Below the pieces are notes generated by a model. That model was given only the letters and a program-made list of their open reading frames with translations. It did no database searches and was not told the origin of the DNA. Shown here piece by piece: positions 1 to 9,571 of a stretch of DNA of 64,000 nt; the first letter of the stretch is position 1; every line of letters begins with the position of its first letter. The translations under genes and the position numbers were made by a program. Origin of the DNA: an uncultured virus (IMG/VR IMGVR_UViG_3300042561_001850) (Duplodnaviria; Heunggongvirae; Uroviricota; Caudoviricetes); the IMG/VR virus record IMGVR_UViG_3300042561_001850. One strand, given 5' to 3'.

Positions 1-526
1 TCTGCTCGGCCTCGTCGAGCACCTGCTCCATGGGCTTGCTCTGATCGAAACCGAGGCGGATGACTTCGTTGCCGGAGCGAATCAGCTGGCGCCTGAGGTA
101 TTTGTCCATAACCAAGCGGGCCACCTGATCAATGGAGGCGGTGCTGAGGGTGCGCTCCACCAGTTCCACCAAGCGGGCGCTGCCACCGACTTTTTCCAGG
201 TGCCCGGTGTCGGCGAGCCAAGCCATCATGGCAGTGAGATCCGTGGGCTTGCCCTGGCTATGCAGCATCAAAGCGGTGCGGTAAATCTCCCGGTGGGCGC
301 CCAGGTAAAAAGCCTCAGGCTGGAGGACGTCTGCCACCCGGCCAATGGCATCAGGGTCCAGCAGGATGCCTCCAAGTACCGCCTCTTCAGCCTCCAGGTT
401 CTGGGGGGGAAGGCCATCGGGAGTGGCTTCAAAGTCACCACCCTCGCCCCGAAATTCTCCGCCCCGCTTCGATCGGGGGGCGGGAAGCTCGGGGGCGCCA
501 GAGTCACTCAATGGAACGGTAATCAT
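1..526 (-). CDS. dnaB: Replicative DNA helicase DnaB, N-terminal part (runs off the left edge); cyanobacterial type
   Basis: Manual translation (absent from the ORF track): MITVPLSDSGAPE...PPQNLEAEEAVLGGILLDPDAIGRVADVLQPEAFYLGAHREIYRTALMLHSQGKPTDL...MDKYLRRQLIRSGNEVI, the DnaB N-terminal domain; ATG at 526. Confidence 0.93.
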   Translation of the reverse strand, partial: MITVPLSDSGAPELPAPRSKRGGEFRGEGGDFEATPDGLPPQNLEAEEAVLGGILLDPDAIGRVADVLQPEAFYLGAHREIYRTALMLHSQGKPTDLTAMMAWLADTGHLEKVGGSARLVELVERTLSTASIDQVARLVMDKYLRRQLIRSGNEVIRLGFDQSKPMEQVLDEAEQ

Positions 527-552
527 GGGCAAACTTGCGGAGAATGTTAGAA

Positions 553-879
553 CTACTTATGGCGAAGATGTAAGGCATACCCCTCAACATCCACCAGCAG
601 CCGCCGCCGCTTGCTGCTGTCCTCATTGGTATCCCTGACGAAATTGGGAGGGATGGTGCCCCGGTCAATGGCTCCCCGCAGCGCTTTGGGACTGGAAAAG
701 CGCAAAGCTTCGGCGGCTGCGGGCAGTGGCAGCCAAAGGCTTTTTGGGTTGGACGGCCTGGCATGCAGCTGGAAGCTGGCCAAAAGCCTGTCCAGCTGCT
801 CTGCAATCTCGTCGAGGCGCTTGTTGATTGCCTCGGCTGCAGCATCGCCCATGGCTTCAGTTGGTGAGCTGGACGCCAC
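553..879 (-). CDS. Small putative DNA-binding (excisionase-like HTH) protein
   Basis: WLPLPAAAEALRFSSPKALRGAIDRGTIP resembles a MerR/Xis-type HTH; lies in the leftward operon. Confidence 0.45.
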   Translation of the reverse strand: MASSSPTEAMGDAAAEAINKRLDEIAEQLDRLLASFQLHARPSNPKSLWLPLPAAAEALRFSSPKALRGAIDRGTIPPNFVRDTNEDSSKRRRLLVDVEGYALHLRHK

Positions 880-1279
880 TGGCCTCTTTTAACTCGTGGA
901 TGGTGCGCCGCGCCGGCAGGGACTGCAACGGCAGATCAGGCTGGAAAGGATCGTTGCGGCTCAGTGACCCCGATTCTTCATCGAAGAAGAAAAACGATGG
1001 ATCCACTTCAGCCGTGGGCTTGCGAAGAACCACCTTGTCTTCGACAAGCATCTGAATGCCGCGGCCAGCCTTTTTGACCTTGATGGTGAGGGTGAGGCTG
1101 CCGGACTTGTCGGTGGCCATCACCGCCTGAGTGAGCTCGGCCAGGGCCACGGTGAGCTCGCCGTGCAAGGCGCCCTGGCGCTGGAGAAACAGCCAGGCGG
1201 AAAAGGCCTGCAGGTTTGCGGTCTCGCCGTTGGCCGCGGCGTCATCGGTGGCTGGTAAAGCTGAGGATTCGTTAGTCAT
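857..1279 (-). CDS. Conserved phage hypothetical protein (DUF2303 partner type)
   Basis: 140-aa ORF with GSLTLTIKVK and FFFDEESGSLSRNDPFQ, adjacent to DUF2303. Confidence 0.6.
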   Translation of the reverse strand: MTNESSALPATDDAAANGETANLQAFSAWLFLQRQGALHGELTVALAELTQAVMATDKSGSLTLTIKVKKAGRGIQMLVEDKVVLRKPTAEVDPSFFFFDEESGSLSRNDPFQPDLPLQSLPARRTIHELKEASGVQLTN

Positions 1280-1364
1280 TTTGAGCTTTTATGAAAGAGG
1301 AAGAAAAAGCTGATGTACTAAAGCAAAATGGCAAAAGGCGCAATGCAAAAGAGGCCTTGATCTG

Positions 1365-2270
1365 TCACAGCGGACCAGCCGGAATGCCGTGGTAGACAAT
1401 GAGGTCGGTTTGTTCTTCAATCACCTTGATGGCATCGTTAATTGAGGATCGCAAGATTTGATCTGGCCTGTCCAGCAGCAGCCGCAGGGTTAATCTTTGC
1501 TCGCGCAATGAATACCTAAATCGTGCTGGGACTTTGAAGGGATCCGATCCTTCGAAAGGCGCCAAGGCCAAGGTGATGCTTTTGGGAATTTTCAGCTGGT
1601 TCTGCCTGCCGGCACTGGCGTTGTGCTCTTCGGTATATTGAAAACTTACTTCACCGGAAGCCAGCCTTAATGCCTGCTGGAATTTTACTCCAGAAGCAAC
1701 AGAAAGACTGGAGGCAATCTCCAACAAGTCTGCCGCGTCTGGTTCCACAATGTCAGCCAGGTGGTCTTCCAAGAAATCGGCGAATTCATCTTGAGGATGG
1801 TTTTTCTTACAGAATTCACTCCATTCGGACCACGCTGCAGTGAGCTGGAATTCCAAGATCGCTCGATGAGCGCCCCAGCCAGGTTCTTGCTCTTTAACAT
1901 CCAAAGGGATGTTGCGGCAATGGCCATCCAATACGGCCGTGATTGTGTTCTGTTTGCAATCAGCCCATAGCTCAGCCCGTGGGCCAGGATGGATGTGACT
2001 ATTGATGTAGTCAATAAATCCACTTAATTGATGAAATCTGAAAGTGCCTGATGGCCTTAATGGTGGCAAGCCAATTTCACAACGGTAGCCATTTCCCGTC
2101 AGATCAAGGATTTCCATGGTGCCCTTACCGGTATGGGCCCAGTAAATCCTTTGAGGCTCAACTTCAAGCGGCTTGCACGCAGATTGGGCAATTTCAGCGA
2201 CAGCGTCGGCTTCTGTCCTCAAGCCTTCGTTACTCCAAGCGGCATGAACAATTGGATCAGAGTTGGCCAT
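1365..2270 (-). CDS. DUF2303 (YfdQ-like) phage protein
   Basis: ITAVLDGH..PGWGAHRA, QDEFADFLED and LALAPFEGSDPFKVPARFRY signatures. Confidence 0.8.
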   Translation of the reverse strand: MANSDPIVHAAWSNEGLRTEADAVAEIAQSACKPLEVEPQRIYWAHTGKGTMEILDLTGNGYRCEIGLPPLRPSGTFRFHQLSGFIDYINSHIHPGPRAELWADCKQNTITAVLDGHCRNIPLDVKEQEPGWGAHRAILEFQLTAAWSEWSEFCKKNHPQDEFADFLEDHLADIVEPDAADLLEIASSLSVASGVKFQQALRLASGEVSFQYTEEHNASAGRQNQLKIPKSITLALAPFEGSDPFKVPARFRYSLREQRLTLRLLLDRPDQILRSSINDAIKVIEEQTDLIVYHGIPAGPL

Positions 2271-2333
2271 GGCGGAAAAAATTGAATGTGGGGGGAAGTT
2301 GCGGGTTGTCAGGCGTGGGTGATGGAAGCGGAG

Positions 2334-2732
2334 CTAACCAAAACCTTCACCGACTGCCGGAGGGAGATCGGGTGTCGCAATCTCATCGCGGAGTTTTGCT
2401 CGAAGCAGCGCTTCCCATTGCTCGGGGTGCGCTGCAATCCACTCGCGGGCGGAATTGCAATGCTCGATTGGGGGCAGCCCTTGGCGCGATCGCCAGGCAT
2501 TAGCTGCACATCGCGAGCATTGGGCTTCGGTGCCGGGTAGATGGCATAGATCAAGCTGCTCAAGGGTCCAGTACCCATCCAAAACACCCATAGCCGCTCG
2601 CTGGCCCCAGTTCGTCACGCTCCTCTCAAGCCGAGAGCGCGTAACCACTCCCTCGCCAACGGAAACTGCGGAGATGTCAATCGTGGCCGCTGAAGCGACC
2701 AGATCATCCATGGTTGTGGGTGATTCCATCAC
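2334..2732 (-). CDS. Hypothetical protein
   Basis: 132-aa ORF overlapping the upstream gene by 4 nt in the leftward operon. Confidence 0.55.
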   Translation of the reverse strand: MMESPTTMDDLVASAATIDISAVSVGEGVVTRSRLERSVTNWGQRAAMGVLDGYWTLEQLDLCHLPGTEAQCSRCAANAWRSRQGLPPIEHCNSAREWIAAHPEQWEALLRAKLRDEIATPDLPPAVGEGFG

Positions 2733-3232
2733 GCCTCAGCCAGCTGGGGTTCGGGGGCCGCGGCCATTGCAGGCTCAAGCGGATTGACCACGCCAGTAGC
2801 CGCGGCCAGGGCCAACAGGGACTCGATGCGCTCGGCCCTGGTCTTCGGTAGCGGCTGGATGGTCCGTGCAGGAGGCAGGGCAAAGGGGCGATGCGAGGCC
2901 TGCAGCGGCTGCAGGGGGTGGAATGACCCTGACACGGCTTGCCGCTGAGCCAAATCGGACCGCAACCCACGATCAAAGCAAGGGGCAAAGCCCTGACAGG
3001 GGTAGAGATACCGCATCAGGGCCATATGCACCGCAATCTCCGTCACGGGCTCTGGATCCAGCAGCAGCTGCTTGGCCGCATAAATCAAATCGGCCTTAGT
3101 AAGATTATCTCTCGCACGTTCATCTAACGTCAGGTAGATGAATTTGTGGTCATCTGCACTGAGATTTTTGGCATAACGATGCACGTGCGACAAGCTTTCG
3201 ACCACGTCAAACAAGTCATCGGATGTGATCAT
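2729..3232 (-). CDS. Hypothetical protein downstream of the replication initiator
   Basis: ATG at 3232 overlaps the initiator 3' end; co-oriented. Confidence 0.55.
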   Translation of the reverse strand: MITSDDLFDVVESLSHVHRYAKNLSADDHKFIYLTLDERARDNLTKADLIYAAKQLLLDPEPVTEIAVHMALMRYLYPCQGFAPCFDRGLRSDLAQRQAVSGSFHPLQPLQASHRPFALPPARTIQPLPKTRAERIESLLALAAATGVVNPLEPAMAAAPEPQLAEA

Positions 3233-4412
3233 TGGCCCTCCGTACCTCAGCGTTAATTCCCGCATTCATCGCATCCCGCTTCTGCTGGCGCAGGTCGGAA
3301 GGGTCAAAATTCGGTTTGCCGGATCGTAGCATCTTGGATCCTGTATGGACGAGGGCAAGCGAAAACTCGCTTGTTGTCGCGGCCTCCGCCATGCCTGCAA
3401 TCACCCGGCGGTGCCCCTCGTGCCCCAGGGACTGCCAACCGGCTTCGGCTGCCTGTTCGAGGTAGCCCTCCAGCACGCCGTGCTCGACCGCCAGGCGAAT
3501 CGCGTTCAAGGTCCGGGTTCCCAACTGCAGCCGATCGGCCCGGGGATGGACGCGGCAGCGGCGCTGCCACCAGGTCTTCAGCAGATCCAGCAGATCGGGC
3601 TCCAACTCCGGGGCATCGCCCGGCAAGGGGCAGTCCTGCGCCGAGCGGCTTTTGGCGGTGGCCGCGGCCTTCGGTTGGGCTTTGGGTTTGCTTGCCGCTG
3701 CAGCTGCGACAACGGCTGCAGCGGTGATTGGGCTGGTGGCCGCGGCCACCGGTGCCGGGTCAACGGGAGCTTCCAGCGGGGTCGGTTCAACTGGATCAAG
3801 GCTGATCACCTCCGTCACCTCGACCACGCTGGCGGGTTCGTCCCCCGGTGCGCGCAGCGCAGTGGGGGATACAGGGGGTTCTAAAGGCTGTTCTTCTTTC
3901 TTCTTGTTAAGTACTTCTTGTTCGTCTCCCCCTTTCGGGGGAGGGGTGTACTCCCCCGAAAGGGGGAGGGGTGAACTCCTCCTTTTGGGGGATCCCCCTT
4001 TTGGGGGAGTCCCCCTTTTGGGGGATCCCCTTTTCGGGGTATCCCCTGCTTGGGGGGAGGGTTCAGTGCCACGACCAGGCGCATACCCAGTGTTCATTAA
4101 GGTTCTGCCTGTTGCAGCCGGCTCTGTCCGTACATGAAAATTGGTGGTGAAGCCCGGGCGCTCCTCTCGGGTGATCCAGCCTTCCGCTTCAAGCCACCGG
4201 CGCGCTTCCCGGACCGCCTCTTCCTTCATGCGGCACTCGAAAGCCTGAGTTTCTACCGCTGGACAGGCATTGTCTCTGGTCCCCGCATAGTCCCATAGCC
4301 AGGCGTAAACAAACAAAGTGCCTTTTCTGTCATTGCAACTCCGCAGCAACCGCTTAGGGATAATGACAAAATCAGTACGCTTAAGGGTTGACTGATCTGG
4401 CTGTGATGGCAT
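3216..4412 (-). CDS. Phage replication initiator (N-terminal winged HTH, lambda O-like organisation)
   Basis: FVIIPKRLL...LFVYAWLWDYA...PAVETQAFECRMKEEAVREARRWLEAEGWITREERPG, followed by an iteron-encoded low-complexity linker; probable ATG at 4412. Confidence 0.75.
   Translation of the reverse strand: MPSQPDQSTLKRTDFVIIPKRLLRSCNDRKGTLFVYAWLWDYAGTRDNACPAVETQAFECRMKEEAVREARRWLEAEGWITREERPGFTTNFHVRTEPAATGRTLMNTGYAPGRGTEPSPQAGDTPKRGSPKRGTPPKGGSPKRRSSPLPLSGEYTPPPKGGDEQEVLNKKKEEQPLEPPVSPTALRAPGDEPASVVEVTEVISLDPVEPTPLEAPVDPAPVAAATSPITAAAVVAAAAASKPKAQPKAAATAKSRSAQDCPLPGDAPELEPDLLDLLKTWWQRRCRVHPRADRLQLGTRTLNAIRLAVEHGVLEGYLEQAAEAGWQSLGHEGHRRVIAGMAEAATTSEFSLALVHTGSKMLRSGKPNFDPSDLRQQKRDAMNAGINAEVRRANDHIR
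3926..4058. repeat. Palindromic iteron array (CCCC-TTTT/TTTC-GGGG units), probable phage origin
   Basis: About 6-7 units such as ccccttttggggga, cccctttcggggga and cccccgaaaggggg inside the initiator gene, next to an A/T-rich stretch at 3890-3922. Confidence 0.7.
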
Positions 4413-4623
4413 AGAATTCCGATGTTGAATGTGATGGGAGACGGCCTGGCCTGACTGGGCTCGACGCCTTACGGATCGCTGGGGAGCGGCTGTAAGCACA
4501 CGTTCTGCAAAGAACCCCGGTTCGGCCCCGGGGTTTCTTTGTGGATGCAGACATAGGCCATCCACGAAACAGGATAGGGGCTTGCTGGCGTCCCGAACAA
4601 CTGATGGGCGGGAATCGGGCAGA

Positions 4624-5568
4624 ATGCAAGAGCCATCCTTCTCCATGCGGACACGGTCATTGCCCCAAGCCACCCCGCCAGAACTGCAGCGCTTTGCGCG
4701 CGGGCAAGAGACCTTCGCTGCTTTAACGCGCAGCTGGATGGCGCGATCGGGCTGGAGCTATGCCGCCATGGCCGACCTGGCCGAAGCCGCTGTCATCGCC
4801 CTGGAGGCGAACGGCATCCCCGGCATGGGGAAGGGCCCTTATGCCAAGGATGATCTTGCTATCGCCAATGGCCACGTCTGGCGCGCCAAGAGGGATGGCA
4901 TTGGCATCAACACCACCATTCCCAAGCTGAATCAGGAACAGGGATCAGAAGACTGGGAACGGGTCGCCACTGTGCGCAGGATTTTTGCCTCCCAGATCAA
5001 CAACCTTCAGCTCCAACGGGTCAAGCAGGTTTCGCCGGTGATTTTTGACAGCTACGGGCTGCTCAACAAATACATCGAGGCCGTCCAGACCGGCAAACTG
5101 CCAGCACCCAAATCAGAGGTGTTGGCTCGGCACATCACCAACGCTGTAACGATCACCGACGAGCAAGGCCTCTACGGCGCTGAGGAATTTTTCAGCGTCT
5201 ACCTGGGCAACGTGGCCCCTGAAATCGTCGAACCGGTGGTGAACGATCAGGAAGCTCGATCCATTAGCGCAGCCGTAGCCAAGAAAATTCGCGAAGGCAT
5301 TCAGGCCTGCAAACTTGATCTGATCGACGACTGGAGCCAGTTCCTCTCCTGTTACCCAACATCAAACCCTGAGCGACTGGCCCGCATTCGCGAGGTCGCC
5401 CTTGGCCTTGGTGCCTGGTCAGCGGATCAGGTACGCGACGAGGAAGCTGCCGTCGCCATCGCCCTGGTCCGCCTGGCCAGCCGCAATCGGCCGCAGCTCA
5501 GCGATGCCTCAGCAACCGCTGCACCCGCAATGGAGGAATCCCAGGCATCAACCCAGGGGCAGGGCTGA
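4624..5568 (+). CDS. Hypothetical protein divergent from the replication operon
   Basis: Long clean ORF, probable ATG at 4624. Confidence 0.65.
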   Translation: MQEPSFSMRTRSLPQATPPELQRFARGQETFAALTRSWMARSGWSYAAMADLAEAAVIALEANGIPGMGKGPYAKDDLAIANGHVWRAKRDGIGINTTIPKLNQEQGSEDWERVATVRRIFASQINNLQLQRVKQVSPVIFDSYGLLNKYIEAVQTGKLPAPKSEVLARHITNAVTITDEQGLYGAEEFFSVYLGNVAPEIVEPVVNDQEARSISAAVAKKIREGIQACKLDLIDDWSQFLSCYPTSNPERLARIREVALGLGAWSADQVRDEEAAVAIALVRLASRNRPQLSDASATAAPAMEESQASTQGQG

Positions 5569-5804
5569 CGGGGCCGCGGCGGTCCCACTGCTCCCACGTT
5601 CGTACGCCAGCTCCACCTGCTCATCGCTCTCCGGGCACCGCCAGCGCAACACCAGCCTGTCCACAGGCCAGAGCAGCAACCATTGCGACCGAGCCCGCCA
5701 AATCTTGTCGGCAGCCTCTGCCGAGCTGGTCTCACATGTCAGATCAGAACCTGATACCGCAAAAATCAGCGCTGGAACCGTCACGGGCAAAGCAATGGGC
5801 ATTG

Positions 5805-5824
5805 GCATACAGGATCTTGGATGG
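5805..5824. promoter_or_regulatory. Putative operator copy 1 (GCATACAGGATCTTGGATGG)
   Basis: 20-bp identity with 32772-32791; upstream of the ERF gene. Confidence 0.55.
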
Positions 5825-5862
5825 GTGCTATCCTTTGGCTGTCCAGCCCACCATACTGATTT

Positions 5863-6759
5863 GTGGATGTTCCCCAACAGGGCACCGAGCCCACGCTCAC
5901 GGATGAAAAACCGGCTCAACAGCCGGAAAACCCTCGCTTACAAGCTTTTGAAAAAAGGCTCGCAAAATTAGGCGAGTGGGCCTTATCTGCCCAGGAAGGG
6001 TTCAAAGGACTACAAGAAAAGCAAGACCTGCTTGCTGCTGACCTTGCTTCTCATCAGGCAGCACTACAAACTCAACAGCAGGCCGCGGCTGTTGACGTTG
6101 TGATGGGATACAGACCTTCACCTGAGCAGCTATTCCTGCTTTTTGAGGCCTTGGCGCAGTGGCAGCACGGCGCCCCTGAGGTTGAGAAATCAGCCCGGGC
6201 CAATTTCAGAACTAAAACAACTGAAGAGAGGGGGGAAGGGAAAGAAGTAGATTACCCATACGCTACACCTGGAGAAATCTCTGCACTTGCAAGAACAGGA
6301 GGAGCATTTGGGCTTGCACATTTTCATCGCGAGGTAATTTTCGAGGACTACAGCGTAATAAGAACATATTTAGTGCATAAGAGCGGGGGGTTTATTTATT
6401 CAGATGTCCCTTTACTCAAAAAGGACAATAGAATGCTAAGTCCCATGCAGCAGTGGTCACACGCCAACACTTCGGCAAAGCGACTAGGCCTCCTTTCGGT
6501 AATGGGCATCATGCCAAGCGACACCGATGATGATGGCAATCCGCGCCAGCCAGAGGGGCAGCCAAATGGCCGCGGCCGATCAATACGAACTGTAGGTGCA
6601 AGTTCGGGCTCTGCCACCGGACTGGGAGAAAAACCACCGCCATTGCCGGAAGCGAACATAAAGCGCATCGCTTCCAAACCTGCTGCTGTAGGGGCAGGAC
6701 CTGGGCAAGCGGCAGCACCGATCTCAACTACAGCAACGGCCGACTATGCGCACGCATGA
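5863..6759 (+). CDS. ERF-family ssDNA annealing recombinase
   Basis: LFEALAQWQ..VEKSARANF, YPYAT, IRTYLVHKSGGFI, SANT-like SHANTSAKRLGLLSVMGI..DDDG. Confidence 0.8.
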   Translation: MDVPQQGTEPTLTDEKPAQQPENPRLQAFEKRLAKLGEWALSAQEGFKGLQEKQDLLAADLASHQAALQTQQQAAAVDVVMGYRPSPEQLFLLFEALAQWQHGAPEVEKSARANFRTKTTEERGEGKEVDYPYATPGEISALARTGGAFGLAHFHREVIFEDYSVIRTYLVHKSGGFIYSDVPLLKKDNRMLSPMQQWSHANTSAKRLGLLSVMGIMPSDTDDDGNPRQPEGQPNGRGRSIRTVGASSGSATGLGEKPPPLPEANIKRIASKPAAVGAGPGQAAAPISTTATADYAHA

Positions 6760-6959
6760 TGAATTTTGCCATCAAGCCATCCTTTTTGCTATTGCGCTGG
6801 CGAGTCAATTCTCAATGGCGTTGTTTGTGCTTCTCAACCCATGATCCTCAATGGCGCGAGACATTTCAAGCGATGGCGCGCAACCAGTTGCCAGTCCATT
6901 TGATTTATCCTCCAACCAAAGCATCTAAAGACCATGTCACGAATTGTTCGAACAGCTGA
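6756..6959 (+). CDS. Small hypothetical protein
   Basis: ATGA overlap with the ERF stop. Confidence 0.4.
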   Translation: MMNFAIKPSFLLLRWRVNSQWRCLCFSTHDPQWRETFQAMARNQLPVHLIYPPTKASKDHVTNCSNS

Positions 6960-7413
6960 GTCTGATGTCTCTTTTCATGAAGACGCTGGTTATCTCATCC
7001 CTCCTAAACAGAGCAATCTAGCGCCCCTGCTTTTGATTGCCCGATGTGGCACCCTAGGCCTGCGTGCCAATGGCACGCTGGTTCGCTTGCACCGGCCTGA
7101 GGAATGGTCAGCCGGCATGTCCGGCATGTATGGCGAATGGAGCGAGATTGACACGAAATGCCGAAGCCTTACTTGGGATGAAACGGCGACTTTGTTGGAA
7201 CACACAGAAGCCATGCTTCTGTTGCCAGAAAAAAGCTTGAGCCTGGAAACCCTGGGCATAGCTTGCATTGCTTGGGCCCAGGCCCACAATGTAAGCCTCA
7301 TGCCGTACAAGAAAGCGCAGCTTCGCATAGAAGAACTTCAAGAAGCCATTGAAAATGTCAAGAAGAAGAACAGTAAGCTAAAAGCAGCTTTGACTAAATC
7401 TAAAAATTTCTGA
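6934..7413 (+). CDS. Hypothetical protein with C-terminal coiled coil
   Basis: 159-aa ORF in the operon. Confidence 0.55.
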   Translation: MSRIVRTAESDVSFHEDAGYLIPPKQSNLAPLLLIARCGTLGLRANGTLVRLHRPEEWSAGMSGMYGEWSEIDTKCRSLTWDETATLLEHTEAMLLLPEKSLSLETLGIACIAWAQAHNVSLMPYKKAQLRIEELQEAIENVKKKNSKLKAALTKSKNF

Positions 7414-7453
7414 AGCAAACTTACAACTAATCCAAAACCCCATCCCCCCCGCC

Positions 7454-8113
7454 ATGAACGAACGACAACTTGTTTTCTTGACCGGCCCCATGCTGGGGTT
7501 GCCAGATCTTAACCGCCCCGCTTTCGCCGCTTATGCGGCGGCACTGCGGGCCAAGGGCTACGTAGTAGTTTGCGCAACCGAAATCGAGCACGATGACATG
7601 GAGAACGATGAGAGCCTTGCTGCAGACAGTCTGCGCGCAATGGCTGGATGCAATATCGTCGCTTATCTTCCCGATTGGGAACCAAGCGCACGTCGGACGC
7701 TTGAGCTACTCGGCGCAAATCAGCTTAATCTTCCGGCTGTTGAACTTGACGCCAGCTTTCTTTTTGACCCCACGGAAGGTTTTGACTTGCTGGCTTTTCT
7801 GACCCGGAACCGCATCTTCAGCTTTAAGACATTTGGGCCCGACCGTCGGGTCAATGGGATCTGCGACCATATCCGCAAAGAGCTGGTTGAGATCGAAGCC
7901 GAGGATGGTCCCCTTTCCGAATGGATCGACGTAATCATCTTGGGTTTTGACGGGGCCAATAGAACCGGCGCCAGTCCCGAGCAGATCGTGGAAGCCCTGG
8001 TCGCCAAGCAAATCAAGAACGAAGGCCGCACGTGGCCTGATTGGCGCACCTCTGACCCTGATAAGGCCATCGAGCACGACCGATCTGCTCACGACCTGGT
8101 CAACAAAGCCTGA
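7454..8113 (+). CDS. DUF4406 (deoxyribosyltransferase-like) fused to DUF550 (dNTP diphosphohydrolase, MazG-like)
   Basis: N-terminal FLTGPMLGLPDLNRPAF; C-terminal TFGP..GICDHIRKELVEI..EWIDVIILGFDG..KNEGRTWPDWR..AIEHDR. Confidence 0.8.
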   Translation: MNERQLVFLTGPMLGLPDLNRPAFAAYAAALRAKGYVVVCATEIEHDDMENDESLAADSLRAMAGCNIVAYLPDWEPSARRTLELLGANQLNLPAVELDASFLFDPTEGFDLLAFLTRNRIFSFKTFGPDRRVNGICDHIRKELVEIEAEDGPLSEWIDVIILGFDGANRTGASPEQIVEALVAKQIKNEGRTWPDWRTSDPDKAIEHDRSAHDLVNKA

Positions 8114-8133
8114 TTCCTATTTTCTCTTTTCCC

Positions 8134-8523
8134 ATGAACACAATTCAAGTCATTGGCAAGGTCACTCGCGAACCGGAAATAGACGGAGAAATTACGAGAA
8201 TGGAGCTTGCTTCCTTCGACAATCAAGATCCAAGGCCAATCTGGTTCAAGGTTTCCGTCAAGGGGCACAAAAAACTGATGGCAAGCATCAAAAAGGAATC
8301 ATTGGTGGCCATTACAGGCTCTATGAAATCTATGCACTGGCCCAACCCAGCCACAAAAGTAACCTATAGGACACTGGTCCTATGCGCAACATCTGTGCAT
8401 TTGCTGGAAGATTTTAGAAATCGCCTGTCAATTGTCCATCAAGATGAGGCAAAGCTCAGCGTGGGACGCCAAATTGAACCAGATCTCACTGGAGCTAGGC
8501 GGGCTGGAGGTTTACTTGCATGA
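8134..8523 (+). CDS. Single-stranded DNA-binding (OB-fold) protein, divergent
   Basis: MNTIQVIGKVTREPE..WFKVSV..IKKESLVAITGSM pattern. Confidence 0.7.
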   Translation: MNTIQVIGKVTREPEIDGEITRMELASFDNQDPRPIWFKVSVKGHKKLMASIKKESLVAITGSMKSMHWPNPATKVTYRTLVLCATSVHLLEDFRNRLSIVHQDEAKLSVGRQIEPDLTGARRAGGLLA

Positions 8524-9074
8524 ATTATGCGGGAAACAGCATTGCTATTGAGCTAGAATTGATTGAAAAGAAAATCAAGCAGATACTAAACCGCCATTTG
8601 CTTATTACTGAAAATCGGCTCAAGGAAGAGCTGGCCTTCCATTCAAGCCGATTAAAAGACATGAATGACAATGACCTTTTAGATGTAGCCTTGCAGCGGA
8701 TGCTATCGCAAAAACAGATCCAACGATGGGACCCATATGTAGGCATCAATCCAAAACCTTTGGGGACTGATGAATGTGTATATATGAAACCATCACTTGT
8801 TTCTTTTGATCCAATTCCATTGCCTGAACCACAAATGGCTGAACACACAATGCAAAAGCAACCGCAAATACCACTTTCTTTAGCCAATCGATTGGCAGCC
8901 GCTGCTTGCAGGGGAAGCGGCATTTGTGAAGCCATATCCCCAAAGATAGATGGGTATTGTGCGGTCTGTAGAGGAATGAGCGCTGCAGTCGCCGCAGAGC
9001 TGGCCTTGGAACTACGCGAACGCCACGGTGGAAGCTCCCAGGTTGCTGACATGTTGGATGGGTTGTTGGGATGA
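8520..9074 (+). CDS. Hypothetical protein
   Basis: ATGA-coupled ORF with Cys motifs in the C-terminal part. Confidence 0.55.
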   Translation: MNYAGNSIAIELELIEKKIKQILNRHLLITENRLKEELAFHSSRLKDMNDNDLLDVALQRMLSQKQIQRWDPYVGINPKPLGTDECVYMKPSLVSFDPIPLPEPQMAEHTMQKQPQIPLSLANRLAAAACRGSGICEAISPKIDGYCAVCRGMSAAVAAELALELRERHGGSSQVADMLDGLLG

Positions 9075-9571
9075 GTACAAGCAAAAAGTCTAAAAATATT
9101 CCAATAGTCAATGTATCGGCGAAGAAACGAAGTCGTTTGGAAAATATCTTTATCGCCAAATGGCTGCGTGACTACCCGCAGTTGAATTTTGAACGTGAAT
9201 ATGTGATTCCTGGCTGGCGGGCATGGGCCGAAGAAAAAAAGCAACTGGGCCTTGTTACCCGACGGGTGCCTTTCAAGGCTGATTTTGCTTGGCCTCAAGC
9301 GTGTGTAGTTGTAGAGGTTCAAGGCGGCACTTTTGTCGTTGGCGGCCATTCGACTGGGCCAGGCATTGAGCGCGATGCCATCAAGAGCTTGACCGCTCAA
9401 ATCAGTGGTTGGGCGATGATCTGCCTGACTGACAAGATGTTGACGCGCAATGGCGAGAAGATATGGCTGCCAAAACTGGCATCATTTATTGTCGCTCGAA
9501 CCGCATCAAAAGCAGCAATGCGTGAGATCGCCATAAAGCAATCTGTTGAAAACCTGATGATGCAAGGCTGA
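9071..9571 (+). CDS. PD-(D/E)xK endonuclease (Vsr/DUF559-like)
   Basis: FEREY..FKADFAWP..VVVEVQGG..GGH..RDAIK..GWAMI. Confidence 0.75.
   Translation: MSTSKKSKNIPIVNVSAKKRSRLENIFIAKWLRDYPQLNFEREYVIPGWRAWAEEKKQLGLVTRRVPFKADFAWPQACVVVEVQGGTFVVGGHSTGPGIERDAIKSLTAQISGWAMICLTDKMLTRNGEKIWLPKLASFIVARTASKAAMREIAIKQSVENLMMQG

Noticed and set aside
3926..4058. CRISPR array
   Set aside because: Units are short with no unique spacers, lie inside a CDS, and there are no cas genes
7454..8113. Aminoadenine (Z-base) genome pathway
   Set aside because: Only DUF550 is present; no PurZ or DatZ seen
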